Source of the DNA: Chloropicon primus
Lineage: Eukaryota
DNA length: 64,000 nt
NCBI GenBank assembly: GCA_023205875.1
Contig: CP060761.1
Span: 682,001 to 746,000 of the forward strand
Direction of reading: 5' to 3'
Under the pieces are notes generated by a model. That model searched no databases. It was not told the origin of the DNA and saw nothing but the letters and a program-made list of their open reading frames with translations. Numbering within the stretch: position 1 is the first letter of the stretch; each line of letters opens with the position of its first letter. This document shows, piece after piece, positions 15,301 through 24,300 of this stretch. A program made the translations under genes and the position numbers.

Positions 15301-18300
15301 ACGCTCATACACTGCACTGCAATCCAAACCACACGTCTCCTCAAGGGTACGCATCTTTCCTGGAGCACGACTAGACACTGATGACACATATATCAACATG
15401 TCCTCGGAGATCTTGCCACCGGGAATGCCTTGCGCAACGGTCTGCTCTTCCATTTCATACACAGCGTCTTCAGGAGCCATTGTCTCGCTGATGAACCCTG
15501 CGACTGCATTGATGTTTGGATAATCAAACACCAAAGTAGAAGGCAATTCCACACCCATGCTCTGTTGAACTGTATTGAAGAGCTCCACAGCTCCTAAGGA
15601 GTCCAAACCTGCATCCATCAAGGGCTCGTCCAAACCCACTTCACGGCCTACAACATCATTCACCATGATCTTCAACTGGCTCACTATTTGAGATGTGCGC
15701 TCCTGTGAAGATAGTGATGACATTGCAAAACGTTTTGCTGTGTCCTTGTCCTTGTCCTTTGAAACATTCTCAGATGTGCTCACTGAAACTTCACTGAAGA
15801 AAGCAGGAACAGAAGGCATCAATTTCAGGAAGCGGCCCCATGAGATTGGTGCTGCCGCTACCAAAGGCAAAGACATGCCAGCACTGACACTATCATTGGC
15901 GGATCGCAAGATACTTCCCAAAACACACAAACCTTCAACTGACGTCAAAGATTGCATGCCAACACGTTCCAGTCTCGAGGACGTAGAGGAAGACTGCAGA
16001 GCCATTCCTCCACCAGACCATGCTCCCCACTGAATGCTGGTGGCACAGCCTCCCTGAGACTCCATGGCGCTGGACCACGTGTCCAAGTAGGCATTGGCTG
16101 CACTGTAGTTGGATTGACCCGCTGAGCCTAGCAACGACGCTATGGAAGAGAACAACAGTTGAGAGGAAACACTGTGACCCCAAGAGCGCGCATGCAAATG
16201 ATGCAAGGCATCCACCTTGGGTGCAAAGACAGTGCGTACACTCTGCATGCTCTGAGATCCCAAAAGCATATCAGACAGCAAGCCTCCAGCATGCATCACT
16301 TGAGCCAAAGGCATGTCAAGGCCTGGCCACGACAAAGCACTGCTGCACTCCTCCTGGGAGCCTGCATCGCATCTAATGGCACAGAACACTGCACTGCTCG
16401 ATGGATCTTGCAAACTCAACAAGGCAGACTTGGATTTGTCCATGTCAACAGGCAACCTGTAATGACCAGAACGTCCGGCAAGCCTGAGATCAGGGGTCAT
16501 GTGTTGGGCAGCCCACTGACCCATAAGGGATCCAAGGGCACCCAAACCACCTGTCACAAAAGAGCAACCAGACTCCTGCATACTCAACAGACTTGTGGTG
16601 CCAAGACCCTGGCTCACAACAACCTTGCCAACATGCTTAGCACCAGCCAGCCAACGGAGGGCAGCTTGAATGCCGTTCAGTGTATGAGAAGTACTTCTCA
16701 GCCCTGACACGGCACCCTCTGCAATACCACCAGCAAGACGGCACAGTGCCTGGTGTGTCCTGGCAGGAGGCAAGAAGTCCACCGCCAAAAGACTGTAAAC
16801 CACATCAGGACGCTCCCGGTGTACACCAGATGCACTCCAAATGTCGCGCTTACCAATCTCCACCAACTGACCACCAAGGTGCAAGCAAGATAAACTTGCT
16901 CCGACCATACCTGATGATGTCAGCGAGTTGAGAATCAAGCCCATGCCTTCCACCTGTCCATTGTAAGCCGTTTGTCCCAAATCAGCATACCTGGTCGATC
17001 GCGAACTCACAACATGTTGTACGCCCATAGATCTCAGCAAGTGCCTCTTCAAACTGCTACCTGCTGTGGCCCACATCTCGCCACCAAGGGCATGAACCAC
17101 TTGACAAGCAGCCAGGCCTATGCCTCCCGCAGCGGCATGCACCAGTACAGCCTGACCTGCATTGCTTGGAAGAGATGCTGCATGGCACATGGCAACATCT
17201 ACGGTCATGAACACAGTGACCATGGTGCATGCCTCCACAAAACTAGCGGCCTTGGGAATAGGCACAACAAGCTGATGCAGAGTGTATGCGTGCGATCCCA
17301 GACAACCAGGTGCCAAACCTGCCACCCGGATGCCAACCTGCAATGCATCTGGAGCATCATGCAGATGACGGGTGTCCCACACATCACTCACGATACCAGA
17401 CATGTCACTTCCTGGAGGACCAGGATCTCCTGGATAAGCTCCAAGAACATTCAAGACGTCCCTGAAATTTAGACCAACAGCCATTACCTGAAGGAATACC
17501 ATGCCCTCCCCTCCCGCGTCAGAATCCAGCTTGTGTGCAGCCAAACTACTCAAAGAGCCCCTTGGGCTGGGTACAAGCTGAGAATAAGACAAAGAGGAAG
17601 ACACTCTACCATGCAGCAAACGAGACTGGAGCCAAGTGTTTTGCCTGATAGCCGCTTCCAGGTCGTGCAATGACGTTGTCAGGCTCTGTGCAGACACATC
17701 ACTTGGAGCATACATATCAAGATCCACATCATGCATTGCTTGACGTGGGCGCTCCTGAGCCAATGTACGCATCAAACCCAGCATACTTCCAAATGACCAG
17801 TTGCTGAGGGACGAGGAGCTGCTTGACCAAGCCGCAGGCAAGCATCCCAAAACAAGAGCAACAAGCTTGCTTGCGCCTGTTACACTTTCAGGAAGCTGTT
17901 GCAGTAAAGCCATTACTGCTTGAGTCACCAGCATACTGGCATTCACGCCAAGTCCAGGATGTACTTCAAAAGCAATCTCACTCTGGTCCTGCTCCAACAA
18001 AATGGTGAAGCGAGAAAGATCATGTCCTTGCAACGAAGAAGGAGATGGCAAAACAACACTATCACATTGCCAAGAAACCTCGTACAGGAGGTCCTTCTTT
18101 TCTGTGACAGCCTGGGCCCTACCCACTGGACGGGCACCCATCTGCCTTGCCTCCAACTCACTCAGAACGGCAACAGGGGCACCGCTCTTCCTCTGGAGCA
18201 CGTGATTTGTGATCACAGACTGTGAACCAGAAGGTGGTGCCACGGACTCTGCCAAAGCATACATATGCAAGTCATGCGTCTTCTGTGGCACACTGAAAGC

Positions 18301-21300
18301 TCCAAAGCCGGCAGGCACATAAGCTCCTCCAGACATACCGGATGACTCCGCAGAGTCACTTCCAACGTGCATCACGGCAGCCAGCTGCAAGCAGCCATCT
18401 AAGGCAGCAGGGTGAACCATCATACCTGACTCATCGTGATCACCTGGAAGGTGCTCAGGGATACTCTTCATGCATCCTTGAGCAGCCCTACCTGTCTTCA
18501 CACGCACATTCCATGCACCACTGAACTGGGGACCGTACTGAAGGCCTGCCAAAGCCAAACCTTGGCGCACTTGTGACCAATCCAGTGGTCCTTGGCAGAG
18601 ACTGCGGGTACAATCTATAGAAACGTTTGTGTCCGTAACAGCATCTGCGCTGACGATCTCACTGACAAGCCGAGAAGCTAGAGAACGCATGTGTACGCTG
18701 CCTCCGCTCGGGCCTGACATGCTGGATGAAGAGCCTATCTGAAGCTTGCCCGTCAAACACCAAATCTTGCTTTCCAAGTACAGAGGAGCACTTGTTGAGT
18801 CATCTGTTGGCGAGGCTGGCAGCATCAGAGGTGCAGCGATGGATGCCTGCACTGCAGCTCCAGGCAGCGACCCTTGATGAGCCACCGCAACCAACGCACA
18901 GGCTGTCTCCATGAAGCCAGCTCCAGGGAAGAGCACACGGCCCATCACCCTGTGATCCCAAATCCATTGCAGACTTGGACGCATCAGTTGGCTGTATGTG
19001 CACACATGAATGTCGTCGTGCAGAACGGGAACAGCGGCCAGAACCAAAGGATGGGAAACAGGTCCCACCCAGAAGCGCTGATTCTGCCAGTGCTGGCCCA
19101 CCCAACTTGAGAGCACTCCTACATTCATCATGGTGTGTCGCACCAAAGCATGAGCATTGGTTCCTTGGAACGCAAATGCACTCACACCAGAGGCATGTGT
19201 AGACTCACTCCAAGTCAAACCATTTTGCTCACGGCACAAATGACCCATGCGAGCTCCTTGCGCAGATTGAGATCCTCCCAAAATACGCGTCAGATGAGGG
19301 TTAATGTGACGCAAATGAAGCACAGGAGATGTTGTTCTATGGCATGTGCCATGAATAGCATGGATCAGGCCAACAGCTCCAGCAGCAGGCTCAGTGTGAC
19401 CCACGTAGGTCTTGCCCGCCTGAACACTGAGAGGCGCAGTTCCCTCCAAATCAGCACTTCTGGATTGCAAAAGCACCGCGTGGGCTGCACCAATCTCAAT
19501 AGGGTCTCCGAGCGGAGTACCCGTACCATGCATGTTAAGGATAGCCACAGAGGAGCTTGCCAAAGAAGCCCTCTGCATTGCACTGGATATAACCTTTTGT
19601 TGTGCAGGGCCGTTTGGTGCAGTCAAGGCAGATGAGCGACCATCTTGGTTCACAGCAGATCCTGCAAAGCACACCACATGGCCTCCTGTCTCAGCAGACT
19701 TGCCTTCTGCGTCAAGCAACAAAACACCACAAGCTTCTCCACGCACATATCCATCGGCATCTGCATCGAGGGTCTTGCACCTGCCTTCAATGCCCAACAT
19801 ACCAGCCTGCTTGAACACAACACCAGTATCAGGAGCCAAGGTCAGGTTCACACCACATGCAAGTGCCATAATGCACTCCCCAAGCAACAGACTGTCACAT
19901 GCTATGTGGGATCCTACTAAAGAAGAGGAGCAGGCAGTATCTGTGCTGATTGCAGGACCTTGTAAACCATATACATACGAAACACGACCTGCAGCAACAC
20001 TCAATGCGTTACCTGTTCCTGCATAAGGACTCACATCAGTCAGGTATTGCGATGTAACCTTACTGTAGTCCATGCTCGAAATTCCAACATAAACACCCAC
20101 TGGGGACGACCTTGTAGACAGTCCTGACAAAGCTTCCCAAGATCCCTCCAACAATAATCTCTGTTGAGGATCCACAAAGGTTGTTTCACTTGGAGACAAG
20201 CCCACAGATTCTGAGTCAAACATCTCAACTTGGCATATCAATGCACCGAAGTATGCCCCCATAGGACCAGCACGCCATGCAATAGATTCTGCATCTGCAC
20301 GCTCATACGCTGTACTGCAATCCAAACCACACGTCTCCTCAAGGGTACGCATCTTTCCTGGAGCACGACTAGACACCGATGACACATATATCAACATGTC
20401 CTCGGAGATCTTGCCACCGGGAATGCCTTGCGCAACGGTCTGCTCTTCCATTTCATACACAGCGTCTTCAGGAGCCATTGTCTCGCTGATGAACCCTGCG
20501 ACTGCATTGATGTTTGGATAATCAAACACCAAAGTAGAAGGCAATTCCACACCCATGCTCTGTTGAACTGTATTGAAGAGCTCCACAGCTCCTAAGGAGT
20601 CCAAACCTGCATCCATCAAGGGCTCGTCCAAACCCACTTCACGGCCTACAACATCATTCACCATGATCTTCAACTGGCTCACTATTTGAGATGTGCGCTC
20701 CTGTGAAGATAGTGATGACATTGCAAAACGTTTTGCTGTGTCCTTGTCCTTGTCCTTTGAAACATTCTCAGATGTGCTCACTGAAACTTCACTGAAGAAA
20801 GCAGGAACAGAAGGCATCAATTTCAGGAAGCGGCCCCATGAGATTGGTGCTGCCGCTACCAAAGGCAAAGACATGCCAGCACTGACACTATCATTGGCGG
20901 ATCGCAAGATACTTCCCAAAACACACAAACCTTCAACTGACGTCAAAGATTGCATGCCAACACGTTCCAGTCTCGAGGACGTAGAGGAAGACTGCAGAGC
21001 CATTCCTCCACCAGACCATGCTCCCCACTGAATGCTGGTGGCACAGCCTCCCTGAGACTCCATGGCGCTGGACCACGTGTCCAAGTAGGCATTGGCTGCA
21101 CTGTAGTTGGATTGACCCGCTGAGCCTAGCAACGACGCTATGGAAGAGAACAACAGTTGAGAGGAAACACTGTGACCCCAAGAGCGCGCATGCAAATGAT
21201 GCAAGGCATCCACCTTGGGTGCAAAGACAGTGCGTACACTCTGCATGCTCTGAGATCCCAAAAGCATATCAGACAGCAAGCCTCCAGCATGCATCACTTG

Positions 21301-24300
21301 AGCCAAAGGCATGTCAAGGCCTGGCCACGACAAAGCACTGCTGCACTCCTCCTGGGAGCCTGCATCGCATCTAATGGCACAGAACACTGCACTGCTCGAT
21401 GGATCTTGCAAACTCAACAAGGCAGACTTGGATTTGTCCATGTCAACAGGCAACCTGTAATGACCAGAACGTCCGGCAAGCCTGAGATCAGGGGTCATGT
21501 GTTGGGCAGCCCACTGACCCATAAGGGATCCAAGGGCACCCAAACCACCTGTCACAAAAGAGCAACCAGACTCCTGCATACTCAACAGACTTGTGGTGCC
21601 AAGACCCTGGCTCACAACAACCTTGCCAACATGCTTAGCACCAGCCAGCCAACGGAGGGCAGCTTGAATGCCGTTCAGTGTATGAGAAGTACTTCTCAGT
21701 CCTGACACGGCACCCTCTGCAATACCACCAGCAAGACGGCACAATGCCTGGTGTGTCCTGGCAGGAGGCAAGAAGTCCACCGCCAAAAGACTGTAAACCA
21801 CATCAGGACGCTCCCGGTGTACACCAGATGCACTCCAAATGTCGCGCTTACCAATCTCCACCAACTGACCACCAAGGTGCAAGCAAGATAAACTTGCTCC
21901 GACCATACCTGATGATGTCAGCGAGTTGAGAATCAAGCCCATGCCTTCCACCTGTCCATTGTAAGCCGTTTGTCCCAAATCAGCATACCTGGTCGATCGC
22001 GAACTCACAACATGTTGTACGCCCATAGATCTCAGCAAGTGCCTCTTCAAACTGCTACCTGCTGTGGCCCACATCTCGCCACCAAGGGCATGAACCACTT
22101 GACAAGCAGCCAGGCCTATGCCTCCCGCAGCGGCATGCACCAGTACAGCCTGACCTGCATTGCTTGGAAGAGATGCTGCATGGCACATGGCAACATCTAC
22201 GGTCATGAACACAGTGACCATGGTGCATGCCTCCACAAAAGTAGCGGCCTTGGGAATAGGCACAACAAGCTGATGATGCGTGTATGCGTGCGATCCCAGA
22301 CAACCAGGTGCCAAACCTGCCACCCGGATGCCAACCTGCAATGCATCTGGAGCATCATGCAGATGACGGGTGTCCCACACATCACTCACGATACCAGACA
22401 TGTCACTTCCTGGAGGACCAGGATCTCCTGGATAAGCTCCAAGAACATTCAAGACGTCCCTGAAATTTAGACCAACAGCCATTACCTGAAGGAATACCAT
22501 GCCCTCCCCTCCCGCGTCAGAATCCAGCTTGTGTGCAGCCAAACTACTCAAAGAGCCCCTTGGGCTGGGTACAAGCTGAGAATAAGACAAAGAGGAAGAC
22601 ACTCTACCATGCAGCAAACGAGACTGGAGCCAAGTGTTTTGCCTGATAGCCGCTTCCAGGTCGTGCAATGACGTTGTCAGGCTCTGTGCAGACACATCAC
22701 TTGGAGCATACATATCAAGATCCACATCATGCATTGCTTGACGTGGGCGCTCCTGAGCCAATGTACGCATCAAACCCAGCATACTTCCGAATGACCAGTT
22801 GCTGAGGGACGAGGAGCTGCTTGACCAAGCCGCAGGCAAGCATCCCAAAACAAGAGCAACAAGCTTGCTCGCGCCTGTTACACTTTCAGGAAGCTGTTGC
22901 AGTAAAGCCATTACTGCTTGAGTCACCAGCATACTGGCATTCACGCCAAGTCCAGGATGTACTTCAAAAGCAATCTCACTCTGGTCCTGCTCCAACAAAA
23001 TGGTGAAGCGAGAAAGATCATGTCCTTGCAACGAAGAAGGAGATGGCAAAACAACACTATCACATTGCCAAGAAACCTCGTACAGGAGGTCCTTCTTTTC
23101 TGTGACAGCCTGGGCCCTACCCACTGGACGGGCACCCATCTGCCTTGCCTCCAACTCACTCAGAACGGCAACAGGGGCACCGCTCTTCCTCTGGAGCACG
23201 TGATTTGTGATCACAGACTGTGAACCAGAAGGTGGTGCCACGGACTCTGCCAAAGCATACATATGCAAGTCATGCGTCTTCTGTGGCACACTGAAAGCTC
23301 CAAAGCCGGCAGGCACATAAGCTCCTCCAGACATACCGGATGACTCCGCAGAGTCACTTCCAACGTGCATCACGGCAGCCAGCTGCAAGCAGCCATCTAA
23401 GGCAGCAGGGTGAACCATCATACCTGACTCATCGTGATCACCTGGAAGGTGCTCAGGGATACTCTTCATGCATCCTTGAGCAGCCCTACCTGTCTTCACA
23501 CGCACATTCCATGCACCACTGAACTGGGGACCGTACTGAAGGCCTGCCAAAGCCAAACCTTGGCGCACTTGTGACCAATCTAGTGGTCCTTGGCAGAGAC
23601 TGCGGGTACAATCTATAGAAACGTTTGTGTCCGTAACAGCATCTGCGCTGACGATCTCACTGACAAGCCGAGAAGCTAGAGAACGCATGTGTACGCTGCC
23701 TCCGCTCGGGCCTGACATGCTGGATGAAGAGCCTATCTGAAGCTTGCCCGTCAAACACCAAATCTTGCTTTCCAAGTACAGAGGAGCACTTGTTGAGTCA
23801 TCTGTTGGCGAGACTGGCAGCATCAGAGGTGCAGCGATGGATGCCTGCACTGCAGCTCCAGGCAACGACCCTTGATGAGCCACCGCAACCAACGCACAGG
23901 CTGTCTCCATGAAGCCAGCTCCAGGGAAGAGCACACGGCCCATCACCCTGTGATCCCAAATCCATTGCAGACTTGGACGCATCAGTTGGCTGTATGTGCA
24001 CACATGAATGTCGTCGTGCAGAACGGGAACAGCGGCCAGAACCAAAGGATGGGAAACAGGTCCCACCCAGAAGCGCTGATTCTGCCAGTGCTGGCCCACC
24101 CAACTTGAGAGCACTCCTACATTCATCATGGTGTGTTGCACCAAAGCATGAGCATTGGTTCCTTGGAACGCAAATGCACTCACACCAGAGGCATGTGTAG
24201 ACTCACTCCAAGTCAAACCATTTTGCTCACGGCACAAATGACCCATGCGAGCTCCTTGCGCAGATTGAGATCCTCCCAAAATACGCGTCAGAATAGGGTT